The notes beneath the pieces were generated by a model, which was given only the letters and a program-made list of their open reading frames with translations, was not told the origin of the DNA and searched no databases. Positions 24,101-37,859 of a DNA stretch of 64,000 nt are shown piece by piece. Both the position numbers and the translations under genes were made by a program. The DNA lies in contig NC_083228.1 in assembly GCF_032191835.1 (NCBI RefSeq), positions 83,824,001 to 83,888,000 of the forward strand, written 5' to 3'. This stretch comes from Heteronotia binoei (lineage: Eukaryota). Position 1 is the stretch's first letter. The number at the start of each line of letters is the position of its first letter.

Positions 24101-25189
24101 GCTTTTGCATTGCGCTCAAAGGGCTTTCTTAATCAGTTTTTGGCACAATAAAAATAGGTTGTCACCCATTTTCCCTTTTGCTTCAGCTACTTGCATCTCA
24201 TCACATGACATCAGTTTTAATGTCTTCCTTCTCTCCAGGTACAGCTATATCCATCCAGCTACCTCTTCCTTTTGCTTCATTCTGGTGTAGCCAGGGAAAA
24301 GAGCTGCCATAATTTTGAGATCCAACTTCTGTCTGATGAAACTTAGCGAAGTCCCACACCTAAATCCAAGGGACATCTGCAAAGGATAGGAACCTCAGAT
24401 GGCAGAAAACAGGGATCCCACTCCCAGGGTTCAAGAGAATGCAGTGCTGCTTATATCCTCACCCACACTTACACCTGTGCCATCCTCACTTTGCCCTTTT
24501 TCTGGAAGCAAAGAAGCATGCATGTGGAACTCCCCTTTCTCTGGTGCAGAGGCAAACTGTACTCACTTGTTCTTATTTTCTTTTGCTTTGGCATATTTGA
24601 AGAGGAAGAAGAGTTGGTTTTATACCTCGCCCTTCACCACCCAAAGGAGTCTCGGAGCAGCTTACAATCAACCTCCCGTCCTCTCCCCACAACAGACACT
24701 CTGTGAGGTAGGTGGGACTGAGGTCACCCAGCTGGCTTCATGTGGAGGAGTGGAGAATCAAACCTGGTTTCCCGGATTAGAGTCTGCCACTCTTAACCAC
24801 TACACCAACCTGGCTCTCTATACTGGGACTCTTACTGAATGAATGAAGTCTTGGTTGATGAATTGTCTCAGTTTTAATCAATGTGATTGATTAAATCTGC
24901 ATATATTTGCTTATGAATAAATGACTAATTCACATTAGAAGAGTAGTTGGTTTTTAGATGTTGTATGCATGTATGCATACAGTGCAGCAACAGAAGAGGT
25001 GTTCCTTACTGTATGACACGGCAGGAAGAATAAATGCCTCTCATATGTGCCACTTACAGTTTTCATAACATTTGAATTAAAATGAGTTAAAATCAACACT
25101 TCAAAATAATGTGTATATGTAATATGTTAATTAAAGAGAGGTGACAAAGAGGAAATTTTTTTCTCTCCCAAAATACTAGAACTCAGCAT

Positions 25190-25555
25190 CCAATTAAGCT
25201 AATGGGCAGGTAGGTTCAGGATGAACAAAAAGAAATAGTACCTTACACAGAGAGTGACTAAAAACTGAAATTTCCTGCCAGAGGATGTAGTGATGGCAAC
25301 AGGAATAAACAGCTTTCAATGGGGATTTGATAGATCCATGGAGGATAAATCTATCAGTGGCTACTAGCCATAGTGATTTAGGGAACATCCACCTTCAGAG
25401 GCACTATGCCTATGAATACCAGAGTCAGAAGGCAACATCAGTGGAAGGCCTTGATTAGGGCTGTCCAGAGGAACTGTTTGGCCACTGTGTGAGACAGGAT
25501 GCTGGATTTATGGACTATTGGTTTGATCCAGCAGGGCTCTTCTTATGTTCTTATA
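25190..25555 (+). mobile_element. CR1 LINE 3-prime fragment
   Basis: CR1 3-prime UTR ending cttcttatgttcttat. Confidence 0.7.
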
Positions 25556-25667
25556 TAGTGTGTTAATTAATTGGTGTTTCATTAATCAGAGGCATTTTTC
25601 TAGTTGGTTTATTTAAACAACAACAATAAATGTCACACCTGTAGCCAGAGACAGTTATGTCCAGGGG

Positions 25668-25832
25668 GTGTGGCCTAATATGCAAATTTGACATTGACAT
25701 TGTTGTAGTAGATGTTATATGACATAACCAGGGTATTTTTTTGAGCAGGAATGCACAGGAACGCAGTTCCAGCTGGCTTGGCATCAGGGGGTGTGGCCTA
25801 ATATGCAAAAGAGTTTCTGCTGGGCTTTTTCT
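25668..25832. mobile_element. hAT-like MITE remnant carrying an octamer/CACCC module
   Basis: ggggtgtggcctaatatgcaaa (reverse complement of tttgcatattaggccacacccc) twice; homologous to 5734-5890. Confidence 0.65.
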
Positions 25833-25965
25833 ACATTGATGATGTTGTATATCATTGATGACATTTGTATGTAAACAGCCTTATTGTATTTTATATTTTC
25901 TAATATTGTGTAAAATCTAATGACATGACATCAGTTTGTGATTTCCCCCCCCTTTTGATAGAACA

Positions 25966-25998
25966 ATGGTGAGCAGGAAGAAGGAAGTACCTTTACAG
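25966..25998 (+). CDS. NME9: NME9/TXNDC6-like gene, coding exon 1 (MVSRKKEVPLQ)
   Basis: Matches the human NME9/NME8 N-terminus (MGSRKKEIALQ); acceptor tag at 25959-25961, donor gttagt. Confidence 0.8.
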
Positions 25999-28900
25999 GT
26001 TAGTAAGAAATGCAAATATCGCCCCCACCCCCCATGCCTGTCACTGGAATGTCCTGCTAGTATGAAGAGGGTGGATTAAGTCCAAGATTGCATAAAAACA
26101 ATAGAGAGCAAGAACATTGTAGAATGTTGGACTGGAAACCTGGGTTAAAGTCCCAGCACATACAGAAAGTTTACTGGATGATATTGGGTCAGTTGTTATC
26201 TCTCAGCCTACTTCATAACATTATTGAGAGTGGGGACCATGTATGATATACATACATCTCTTTGCTGGAAGTTGGGATAAACCTGTAACAGCTCTTAAAT
26301 GTATGTAAATGTATGCATTCATTTCCCAGGTGCAACAAGTAGTACAATTTTTCCTTTCTGATGAATCAGAAAGAGAACATAAGAAGAAATAACCCCAACT
26401 CTGAAATTTTATATGTTGGAGAATAAGGTAGATTGAGAATCAGAAGCTAACTGTTAAGAGGAACAAGAACTGCAATAAGCTACCACTTCATAATTGTTTA
26501 TCTTCAGATAAACATTAAATATCCTTCTTAAAGAGATCAGTTAGCCAAATTCAGTTAATAATGTGTTGAAATGTATTGGTTGATCTAGCATTAGAGTTGG
26601 CCTTTGCTTCTCGGGAGAGCAGCAAGTATAACTGTGGTGGTACTTCGAGAATAAGAATATTAATTTTTGAATATGCATCTATATACAGTGCATATATTCA
26701 TTAAAAAAACATGTTTAAGGAAGCCTATTCAGATAAGAGTCTGTATGAATATATATTTCTTTTTTGAAAATTGAATCCATATGGGATATAATCTCTCTAA
26801 ATCCTGCCATCAAGTGGCCAGAAAAAGCAAATGATTATAACTTCAATTGGTTAAGTACTTACATCAGAGTAGACCTATTAATTTACCTGGAACTACTCTC
26901 ATTTGACTTTGAGGAAGGTTTTAATAGGATACCTTTTAAGTACTTTGCTATAAATAAACTGATACTCTGCTAATTAAACGTTTTGATGTTCCCTGTTTTA
27001 TTTAGATCTTCAAGAGTAATGTACATTGAATCTTGACATGCTTACTGAGAAAGAAGTGCCCTTGTTAAGTTTTTTCTAGAAAAGTACTTCCTAAGAGTGG
27101 ACTACCTCTTCCTTATGCTACTCCAGATGTTATTCTTTGTGCTAACCCTTAGGGATATTCAGGCAGCAATCCTAAAAGAAATTTCTTGGAGCAAGCCCTA
27201 ATAAATAAAATTGGACTTACTCCTGAATGGACCTGTTTAGGTTTGCTCTTTCTGAGGTCTTCAGGCTGGTCACATGTCACAGGCTGTCTCAGTTTCTGCC
27301 CCAGTCTTTAATACAGTCTACCAGAGCAAGAAAGAAGAGTACTTTATCCAGGGGTGTCAAAGTCATTTGTTATGAGGGCTGGATCTGACATAAATGGGAC
27401 CTTGTTGGGCCAGGCCATGTTGGGTTGGACCAGGCCATGTGTATACCTATATAAGATTAGATAGCAGAGATATAGATTTTATAAAGAACACAGAAAACAC
27501 AAATATATATATTGTTAAAAACATGCTTAAAATGTTAGCACTCATTGGTCTTAAAGATGCTTTCTTTGTATTTCTCCCATGGGACCCAGGGAACTGGGCA
27601 AAAGAAGCTCTAGCTTTTTCCTTCCTTCCCCAGGGGATTGGGGGAGGGGGGGAGCCTCAGCCAATAGAAGGAAGAGAGGCTTGGTTCAGTAGTTCTGCTA
27701 TGCAATTGAGAGAGCCTGACAAAGCAAGCTATTCCTCTCCCCTTCCTCCACAAGGGAGGCTCCTGCCTCAGCCAATGGAGAAAATAGAGGTTTTGTTAAC
27801 AGATTCTTTGTAACAGTCTACTGACAGACAAAGAACATTTTTATCATGTGTTATGTTAATTTTTATCTTTTCCCCAAAACAAGCTGTGGGTTTGTCCATA
27901 GAAGAATTGTCATGATAACTGAATTGTGGCTTTGATCTAGTAACTATTCTGATATAAAAGGTTCTGTTCAGACATTCTATGACTGGATAAAAGACTATGG
28001 TTGACAAGTGGGTACAACTTCCTTCCCTTCCTACATGAACTTTTTGAAACATACGTAGATATTACACATATTCATGCACACATCTCTGTGTACAGTTAGA
28101 AACTCTGCACAGGCTGCATAATGTGTTCCAGTGTTCAGTGCCCTTGGCAGTCAAAGTCTTGAGGGCCCCCTTGCAAATTATCTCAGAGTCAGAGCTCTTG
28201 CCACACTGCCCACAGCCTCCACTGCAGCCTGCGGGCACCTTCTCAGAAGCCCATTTGACAAAGCTGTGGGGGAGAGGCAGAGAGAGGCAAACTTAGCAAT
28301 GATGCTAGCAGCAGCCTCACCAGGCAAATTGGGTAAATTGCTGGCTGCATGTGCAGGCTCCGAGGGCTGCAAGCAGTGGGGAAACTGGGGGGGGGGGGAG
28401 CCAACTCAGGGCTCCTAAAGGTGTGGGCGGCGGGGGGGCCATAGACAAGTGCCTACTTGACCTAATTGTTAATCCGGCCCTGTCAATGCTAACAGAGTGA
28501 GGGAACAGCTTGCTACAAGCATTCATTGTCTGACCTTAGCATATCTGAAGTTCTGAGTTGGTTAGTTTCACACCCCTATTAATCAATCAGATGTCTGTTC
28601 AGAAGGAATACTTGACCACTCCTCTATTTGGATTGTAGTTTGTTAACAAATTATGAGCAGGACTCTTAAAACATTTTGGGGGAAAAGTTCAGCTGTTTTC
28701 CAAACATTTGAAATTGGATCAAAAATGATTTGACAATCTGCTTTCTCATGAAGTTTCCCCCATCTATAAAGAAGTGTATAAACTTCTTTATAAATTAAAA
28801 ACAATTTAAAAGGTATTTTCATTTCTGCAGCCAGGGAAAGTGGCAGAGTTGTGTATCATGTCTTTAGTTTAGTGGTGTCAATTTTGCCTGGCTGACTCAA

Positions 28901-29648
28901 TATCATTGGGTCCAGAATATTTTGTCCTTGTCTGTTAGTTAACTAAACTTTCATTGTATCTGGATGACAATTACCTTGGTATAGCTGTCTTCCTTCCCCA
29001 TCCATTTTCACTGGACAGGGAAGCAATCTAAAGAGTTGGTGTTCTTGTTTGTTTTGATCTTGATGGAAAGTGGCTGGAAAAGCTGTATGATTTGTCTTTC
29101 TGGTGTTCCAGCCTTGTGCTTTTTGCATCCCTGTCTGACTCCCAAAGCTGAATGTGCCTGTTTTGATATGTATTAACTGGATTTACATGCTCTGTTGCAC
29201 TGCTGCCTGGGATCTATGGTTTGATCCAGCTAGCTGAGCCTACACCAGCGTGATGAATGCTGCTGACTGATGAATGTCACCAACTGTGCAAGCAAAAGCA
29301 GCATATACATCCCACAGAGTTGTTTTTGAATGGCATATGACCTGCCCATGAGTTTGGGATAGTAATCCAAAAAGGCCTGTTAACTGTGAGTATACATTAC
29401 CAGTGGCTACCCAGCTAGCAGCCATATTGAATGTCACCACTGGGCAAATGCAAATGTACCCGAAATGCTGCCCATTCCTGAGGCTCTGAAATAAGGTGCT
29501 GAACTTTACATAAAGTAGGAATTGCAGACAAGGTAAATCAGAATATCAATAGCATTTTTGCCAGAATCTCAGCATCTCTGTTTTCAGACATTTGTGTCCT
29601 TAAAGGCCACTTCGCATTATTGAAAGATCTTCTGTTTAATTTACACAG

Positions 29649-29706
29649 ATGGTTGTCAATAATCAGGAACTTTGGGAAGAAATGCTGTGTTCCAGAGGGC
29701 TGATAG
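29649..29706 (+). CDS. NME9: NME9-like coding exon 2 (MVVNNQELWEEMLCSRGLI)
   Basis: Matches QELWEEMLSSKGLT; cag acceptor, gtaag donor, 58 nt. Confidence 0.9.
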
Positions 29707-29910
29707 GTAAGATTTTTGCTGCCAATATGTTCAGCAGTATTAATATATACTAACCATATATAGGTCAGGTTAGAAATTAAAATAGTGAAGGAATGTTACA
29801 TCCTTTTATTCCTTCTGCCGCAATGGGATTGTTATTAGTTATCAGAGCTAATATTCTTTAACTGACAAACTTCCTTTTGTTATAAATCTTAGAATCATAG
29901 AGTTGGAAGG

Positions 29911-30104
29911 CAATGTTCCCTCTTACCTGTGGAGTCTTGTGAGCAGAAATTCTACTTTGTGAGCTGCTAGCATTAAAGCTGTGAGCTACGGCATAAATTA
30001 GTTTGTTCTGGGGCCATTTTTCCTGAGCTAAGACAAAAATATGTGAGCCAGAAGCTAAAAAACTGTGAGCTAGCTCATACTAACTCAGCTTAGAGGGAAC
30101 ACTG
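29911..30104. mobile_element. hAT MITE
   Basis: TIRs caatgttccctct / agagggaacactg; perfect 8-bp TSD ttggaagg. Confidence 0.9.
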
Positions 30105-30495
30105 TTGGAAGGGACCTCCAAGGTCATCTAGTCCAACCACCTGCACAATGCAGGAAATTCGCAAATACCTCCCCCCACACCCCCCAGTTACAACTGCTCC
30201 ATGCCCAGAAGATGGCAAAAAAAAAAAAAATCTCCAGGATCCCTGGCAAAACTGGCCTGGAGAAAATTACTTCCTGACCGTGAAATGGTGATCAGCATTT
30301 CACTAGACATATAAAAAGAGGCCACACAAACTAAGCACTAACACAACCTTTTCTGCCCTCCCACTCATGATCTGCCAAAATTTGCAGAATCAGCATTGCT
30401 GTCAGATGGCCATCTAGCCTCTTTTTAAAAACCTCCAAAGAACAAGAGCCCACCACCTCCCTAGATAGCTTGTTCCACTGAGGTACTGCTCTAAC

Positions 30496-30689
30496 CAGTG
30501 TTCCCTCTAAGCTGAGTTAGCGTGAGCTAGCTCACAGATTTTTAACCTCCAGTTCACACATTTTTGTCTTAACTCGGAAAGGATGACCACAGAGTACAAT
30601 AATTTATGCAGTAGCTCACAACTTTAATGCCAGTAGCTCACAAAATAGAATTTTTGCTCACAAGACTCTGCAGCTTAGAGGGAACATTG
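30496..30689. mobile_element. hAT MITE, same family, opposite orientation
   Basis: TIRs cagtgttccctctaagctg / cagcttagagggaacattg; perfect 8-bp TSD gctctaac. Confidence 0.9.
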
Positions 30690-30717
30690 GCTCTAACTAT
30701 CAGAAAGTTCTTCTGAT

Positions 30718-31004
30718 AGAGCCAGTTTGGTTTAGTGGTTAAGTGTGCGGACTCTTATCTGGGAGAACCGGGTTTGATTCCCCACTCCTCCACTTGCACC
30801 TGCTGGAATAGCCTTGGGTCAGCCACAGCTCTGGCAGAGGTTGTCCTTGAAAGGGCAGCTTCTGTGAGAGCCCTCTCAGCCCCACCTACCTCACAGGGCG
30901 TCTGTTGTCAGAGAGGAAGATAAAGGAGATTGTGAGCCGCTCTGAGACTCTGAGATTTAGAGTGGAGGGCGGGATATAAATCCAATATCTTCTTCCTTCT
31001 TCTT
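30718..31004 (+). mobile_element. tRNA-derived SINE
   Basis: Near-identical to 20396-20670. Confidence 0.85.
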
Positions 31005-32589
31005 CATGTTTAGCCGGAAACTCTTTGATTTAATTTCAACCCATTGGTTCTGGTCTGACCTTCTGGAGCAACAGAAAACAACTCTGCACCATCCTCAATA
31101 TGACAGCTGTTCAAGAACTTGAAGATGGTTATCATATTGCCTCTCAGTCATCTCCTCTCCAGACCAAACATATCCAGCTCCTTCAGCCTTTCCTCATAGG
31201 ACTTGGCTTCCAAACCCCTCACCATTTTGTTGCCCTCCTCTGTACACATTCCAGCTTGTCCTTCTTATTTATCCTTCTTAAGTTGTGGTGCCCAAAACTG
31301 AACACAATACTCTAGGTGAGGTCTAACCAGAGCAGAGTAAAGTGATACCATCACTTTGCTTGATCTGACACAGCTGACTTTTGGTCTGCTAAAAGGCTTA
31401 TCTACACATGGCACATGAAGGCTACGAAAATTCTTCTTCATGGTGGCAACTCCACACAGGAGCCATAATGTATGGCACCATTATCCATAAGGATCTTCTG
31501 TAGCTCTGTGTTTCTATGCCAGTACTCCATGCCAATGGAGGTGGCTGATGCTGGTGGTCACAGATAGTATACAATATTGAAGATCTTGGAACTGTACCTG
31601 TGTGGAAATCTTTTTATTTTTTTAATGCTGTTTATAGTTAGGCATTCTCACTGAGGCTTAGAATTGCCAACTCCAATGCCACAGAGTTCATCCTTCAAAG
31701 CAGCCATTTTCTCCAGGGAGCTGATCTCTGCCAGCTAGAGATCAGTTGTAAAAGTGGGAAATCTCCAAGCCCCACTTGGAGGCTGGCAACCCTTATCAAA
31801 TGCAAAGCCCTTCATGGCCTTGGACCTTCATATGTGCAGGACTGCCTCTCCTCCTATCTCCTGACAAAACAACTTGCTGTTCTGGCCTTCCACAGGACCA
31901 CCCTGGAAATGTGCAAAATCATCAGCTGCAAAATCATCAGTGTATACATGCATTCACTGTAGTGGCCCCCACTCTATGGAATGGCCTGGATGAAGAGATT
32001 AGGAAGGTCCCTATACTTTTAGCTTTCTGCAAACTATGTAAAATAGAACTTTTCAAGAGGGAATTTTTATACAGGAATAGGGCTGCACTATAACAGAATG
32101 ATTCAGGAAAACATTTCAATAAAAAGAACGGAACTATGGAGTATACTACTAATATGTATACTAGTATACTACTAATATGTATTATCTTTTGCTATATATT
32201 TTGTATCTTGCTCTCACGGCATTATAGTTCTACTTATGTAATACCATTTATCCCACTGTTTAACATGTCAAACTTCATCTTTATGCCTTGTTTCAGATTT
32301 TTGCTATCCTAGTCCTGTTACATAGTTTATTATATGACTTCTGATCTTACAGATTGTACCGATTTACATGATGCAGTACACCTTGAGTCTCAATGAGAAA
32401 GGCAAACTATAAATAAGTAAATAAAAATTTGCAGGTGCTTGATGTGCAGCACAATCCTTTTGTGAGAGCTCAATTGAACAGTCCCGAGTAGGATTCTGAA
32501 TAGATCTGCTAAGGATGGCACTATAAATTTAGTATGTTCTGACATGTGTCAGTTTTGCATCCTTCTGAGACAGTTACATCTCTTTGCAG

Positions 32590-32693
32590 TGATAGATGTT
32601 TATCAGGCCTGGTGTGGTCCATGTAAACCAGTAGTAAACATCTTCAGGAAAATAAGACATCAACTTGAGGGTGACCTTCTGCATTTTGCTGTG
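32590..32693 (+). CDS. NME9: NME9-like coding exon 3, thioredoxin active site (VIDVYQAWCGPCKPVVNIFRKIRHQLEGDLLHFAV)
   Basis: Intact WCGPC; 104 nt restores phase 0 with exon 2; canonical splice sites. Confidence 0.93.
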
Positions 32694-33170
32694 GTAAGAT
32701 GTAGCTTCATATGTACAAAGTCTATCTGGCAGAGGACATCAGTGAAATGGCGCATGTGCTTCTGTGTTGCATGAGGGCTTTTCCAGTGCATTGATTCTGG
32801 GTCCAGAGGCAGGATCTGGGGGTTTAGAGGAAGTTTAGGATTTAGAGGGAGCAGAGTTCAGAGAAAGAAGGGGTGGGATTTTTTTGGAGTCACTGGCCAA
32901 ATTTTGCAAATATAATTTCCAAGGGGCTTATGGGGAGGAAGGGTATAGTAGACACCTTTCCTTATTCTATAAGTCACTCTTAGTGATTGACAAAAAAAAG
33001 AAGAAGTCTGGAGGACCTAATGATCTCCTGATGCCATCCCTTCTCTGCAACCATCTTTCTCCTTCAAAGTAAGGAGGAGCATTATGGTTTAGTGGCTAGC
33101 ACACTGCTCGTCCTAGTTTTATTCAGTGGGTTGGACTATTTGCATTGTCAGCAGAGGGCATGGGTAGAGA

Positions 33171-33385
33171 TTAGGGTTGTCAGCTCTGGACTGGGAAATG
33201 CCTGGAGATTTGGGGGGTAGAGCCTGGGTTGAGCAGTTTGGGCAGGGGAGGGACCTCAGCAGGGCATGATGCCATACAGTCTGCCCTCCAAAGCAGCCAT
33301 TTTCTTGACAGAAATTGATCTTGATCATCTGGAGATCAACAACAATAGCAGAAAATCTCCAGGTGCCACCTGGAAGTTGGCAACT
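33171..33385 (+). mobile_element. TAGGGTTGCCA-TIR non-autonomous DNA element (hAT/Tip100-like)
   Basis: tagggttgtc...ggaagttggcaactata; related copies at about 1370-1615, 8881-9210, 13470-13557, 31665-31792, 42597-43850 and 60129-60339. Confidence 0.6.
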
Positions 33386-36264
33386 ATAGCAGAGATAGAT
33401 CTTTCTAATCTTCAGTTTCTCCAGGAGTCACCTGTGACTGCCAAAAAGTCAGTGGGGTTGTGGGAGTCACATGGGTAAAAAGCAATATAGCATGAGTGCT
33501 CTTAGTAAAGAGGAAGTGCACAAAATCCTCTTCTAGCTTATTATGGCAGAACAGTATCTTGTGCTTGTGAAAGTCTTAAGCCAGTAGAAAGTATCCATAA
33601 AATCCAACCCATTATATCCAGAGATCACAGTAAGAAAGAGTGGAATCTGCTTGGATATACCTCTGGAAAGTTCTGGGATAAACTGTGCAAAGAGTACATC
33701 CACCGTTATGAACTTAGATAAAGTTTGTATTAGTTTAAATTGTTGTTGATATTCTCAAAGGATTGTGGGAATTGTGGTTAGAGATATCTGTCTATGATTT
33801 TTTTAGAAACAACTATCTCCATCTCACAGAACTACAATTCTAGGACTCTTTGGGGAAAGGAAATTACTGTTAATTTGGGCCTATTATGCACGAGTGTTTT
33901 CCCTCACTTTCACCAAGCATGTCCATTAGATTTTCTTTGTCTTTCTACATTGTTTTTCCTCCTTCAGCACTCAGTTGGCTTTCTGATCAGATGTAAAGAG
34001 AGATAGACAGTGGGATGGGAAGGCTAAAGCTTTGAAAACATTCCCCTTCATGCTTCAGTGAACAAAGTTTTTTGGGGGAACCATTTTGGCAGTCTCCAGA
34101 AGCCAAACATTAAAGTGGCAGCTGAACCACAAGGACCTCCTGCAAACTGCTGAATTTAAGAATCTCTTGGGATTGATCCATTTGGAGTGTTCTGTCTGCC
34201 AAGAGGACAGAGAATGGGTTCAGTGGGAAGAAGAAAATGCTGTACCTTTAAATGCTTGGAATTATGGGTTTTGTGGTTCTTTAGACTCTGTAGGTCAGGT
34301 GGGATTATATAGTTCCCCCTAATTGGCTAATTGTGGAAGGTTCAGCCACTTCTGAGGACCCGGGAAAGTTTATTGTCCCTTTCCTGTCTGTTTTACAATT
34401 CTTTGTTAAGCCTTTTGTTCAACATGGTGACCCAAGGGGATGTGTCTGTCTTTTCACCTCGCATTCATAACTTGTAAGAGCTGTTTCAGCATGCACGTCC
34501 CACTTGATGGCAGGATGCAGTGAGTACTCTGAAAATGCCTTGGGATGTCAATAAAGTCTGTAAAGTTCTGCAAGTGTGGGTGCGTGAGTTGATCACATCT
34601 GGAAACAGCTGTTAGAGAGCCACCCTAACAGCTGAGGCTCCAGAATTTAAGAATCTCTTGGGATTGATCCATTTGGAGGACAGAGTGCAATACGCACAGG
34701 ACAGGCTCTAAAATGCTGCCAAGTTCACAACCACTGTGCAAGATCAAATTAGAGGGGCTGTTCAGACTCACAGTATAATCAGTTGTTGCTGCTGTTTCAT
34801 ACCGGATTAAAAGTGGCTGATCAGACAGCAACATCTGCTTCCTGGTATTAACTCGTAGTAGCACCCCCCCAATCCTTCTCAGAACTGGAGTATTTTGATA
34901 CCTGCTCCTTTGTGGTGTTTTTTTGAGTTATCTGGATAGTTCTTGACCAACTTCCGGATGCCTGAAGGCTGTCCCGGAGCAAAAGAAGACTCCGATATCT
35001 GGTTTTTGGTCACCATTTTTTTTAGTACTTAGCGATATGCGCACAACTGCATAACCACATAATGTTTTAACCTATGTGCATAATGTGCACATGTGCATAA
35101 CATGCATAAAAGCGGAGAAAAAATGCATGGTGCCGTCGTGTGGACGGCAGAAGACAGTTTCACTGTGGAGTGATTCAAATTGCAGTATGGCAGTCTGATC
35201 GATAATATCTGGAACAAAGATATTCGGAACAGAACTGGGTCTGTTTAACACAGACTCAACACACTGTGTGAAAAGGGCCAGAGAATCACAAGGAAAAAAT
35301 CATGCAGATTTGCAAGGAAGGGCAGGAAATTAGTGTTACTATGCAGCTGGGCATAGATTAAAATATACCCTCATCTTTTTTTTTCAGTTTAGTGGGACAA
35401 GACTAAAAATGCTCTCCAGAGCTTCTGCCAGAGGACTCCTCCCTCATACAAATTACAAAGTATGGTAAAGTTGCAGCCAACTTTACACAGGCATGTGTGC
35501 ACGTACACGCACACACAGCCAACAATCACTGCTGCACCACCTTCTACCATACATTCTGTACAGTCAACATGTTCCCCTATATTATTGTGTGACTCTTTCT
35601 CATTTTCACAGTGACCGATATCACAGCATAGAATCCCCTAATGCTCGGCTATATGAAAAATCGGGCTTTGCAGTTGCTCAGTTCCAAAAATAGTCTGGTC
35701 AGTTTCAGCATCAAGGTTTCCACTTTTTGCCTTTGTTCCTTTTTATTCCCTTTCATTCAGTGAACTAATTCTAAAGTGCATGTGTAAAACCTGAACCAGG
35801 AGGATTTAAATGGAAGGTGACTGCTGGACACTACTGTGCAGCTGCAATAGGGCAATTATATAAATTTTGAAAACTTTGTACACCATCCCCAACACATCTC
35901 AAATGACATTCCACCCCAATTTAGAAAAGTTAGTTTTTAAAAATTGTAGCTGCAGAATAAATTCACCAGAGGAAAAAGAATGGCAGACACAGAATCTGAA
36001 GTCAAGATTAAAGGTTTACTACTCTAAAAATCTGCAGTAAGATGTGTGTGCTTAATGAGCCTTAGTTTTAGCTTGCAGTGAATCTTTGTACAGATATCGC
36101 ACAAATGAGTCAAAGTAACATAAAGCAGCAAAGATTGTGAAGCATGATAAACAACTGGTATTAAATACTGAATGAGAAATAGCTCACCCCTTTCTTACCT
36201 AAATGTAGTCACAATGTGAATGTTGGCTTTGAATAAAGCGTGTTGTTTATTTTCTTTTCATTAG

Positions 36265-36336
36265 GCTGAAGCAGATTCAATTGATGCCCTAGAGAAATAT
36301 CGTGGGAAATGTGAGCCTACATTTCTGTTTTTTGCT
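36265..36336 (+). CDS. NME9: NME9-like coding exon 4 (AEADSIDALEKYRGKCEPTFLFFA)
   Basis: Near-identical to human NME9 EKYRGKCEPTFLFYA; 72 nt, tag/gtaag. Confidence 0.93.
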
Positions 36337-36607
36337 GTAAGTTAGCACAATGCTTGAAATTTCATTTAAGATCTTGTGTTTATTTTAACTATGGTTAGTT
36401 TATAATTCAACCTACAAATGATCATTCAGATCCTGATTTGTCTTGACCAGTGCTGTTTTTATCACTTTCACTCTTTCTCTGTCTCTCCTGCAGAGCACTG
36501 ATTAGCATCTTTGTATGTGTTATGGTGACAGTGGCCCTGAGAATCAAGTTAGGATTAAACTAACATGTTCATATTCATACATCATGCAAAAATATAGTTA
36601 AGACTAA

Positions 36608-36721
36608 GGGTGTGTTCACATACTATACTAAATAATGTGTTTGGCAAGTGGATTTTTGTTATTCTTACACAGTAAAAACCCAGTTGCAAAATGCATTATT
36701 TTGTGTAGTGTGAACGCACCC
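36608..36721. mobile_element. PIF/Harbinger-type MITE
   Basis: TIRs gggtgtgttcaca / tgtgaacgcaccc, flanked by TAA on both sides. Confidence 0.75.
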
Positions 36722-36938
36722 TAACTATGGCTAATAAACCAATTGCAAGCCATGATTTCTGATCCTGATTTGATGTCTCCTGTCTCTGACTAACCACAGT
36801 GGTGCAGTGGACAGTCACACTAACCATAGTTAATTTAATTAACTCATGGCTGTGCATGACATCTGAACTGAGCCAGTATGTTGGCATAAATTATGCTTGA
36901 AATTGTAAAATTGTTTATTAATTTCTGCTTCCTTTCAG

Positions 36939-37055
36939 GGAGGAGAATTAGTAGCAGTTGTAAGAGGAGCAAATGCACCATTGCTACAGAAAACCATTCG
37001 GGAGCAGCTAGAAGCGGAAAAGAAGGTTTTGAACCACGGAGTGGAGAGAGTGGTG
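36939..37055 (+). CDS. NME9: NME9-like coding exon 5 (GGELVAVVRGANAPLLQKTIREQLEAEKKVLNHGVERVV)
   Basis: Near-identical to human NME9 GGELVAVVRGANAPLLQKTILDQLEAEKKVL; 117 nt. Confidence 0.93.
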
Positions 37056-37859
37056 GTAATGTAGTCTCTAGACACGCTGCAATTTTCTAAAGACTGTTTT
37101 CCCTTTCTAGATCATATTCATTTTCAAGTTGTGCAAGATGCTAACTCTGCCAAATCTCTTTTAAAAAATTCAGGACCAGAAGTAGAAGGTTCAAGTACAT
37201 CCTGAGCCTTATGAAGTAAGGCTGAGAATGCCCATGTAGTTGGAAAAGTGGTCTGCATTCTTGGTTTCTGCTGAAAAAAAATACTTTCTGCTGTCAAAAA
37301 CCTTCTTCAGTTTGATGTTCAAAAGGAGATAATGAACCCGAGTGTTCAGCTCCAGATCTTTTCAACAATACAATATCAATTTTATATCTTAAAAAAGAAA
37401 TGGAACTGCTTTATTTATTTGCTTTAAGAAATGTGTATCCTGCGCTCTCCAAAGTCTGCCCCCAGATCTGTGTGGGATTTTGCACATACTGAATGATAGC
37501 AATTAAACAGTTCTGGTCATATCACTATCTCTTGACTAGCTATACTGTGCAAGATTCTGTCTAGAGAAAGCAACTTGAAACTACAGTGCAGGGCATAGTA
37601 GGCTTAGGAATGTTTGGTTTCTACAAACTTGTTCACCTATACAGAACTTTCATATTCTTCTCTGGACATTCTCCACAAATCATGTGTAGCTTCTTCCTCT
37701 TCTACAAAAACAAAACAAGTTCCCAGACAGAACTGTAAAATACTGTGTCACATTCTGAAAAAGTTTAAAAAGTTACTAGAGATAGCCATAGTAGATCATT
37801 AAAAAAGACCAGATGGCTTTCTAAAACAGTCTCTAACTGTAATATTGTACTGATTACAG

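Larger units (their letters stand above)
29889..31375 (-). mobile_element. CR1 3-prime fragment hosting three younger insertions
   Basis: tagaatcatagagttggaaggga...ggtcatctagtccaac tail, continuing into RT-end sequence (ggtgcccaaaactgaacacaatactc); interrupted at 29911, 30496 and 30718. Confidence 0.8.

Noticed and set aside
29911-30689. Repeated gtagctcaca units resembling a repeat-spacer array
   Set aside because: Subterminal repeats within hAT MITEs in a vertebrate genome; not CRISPR
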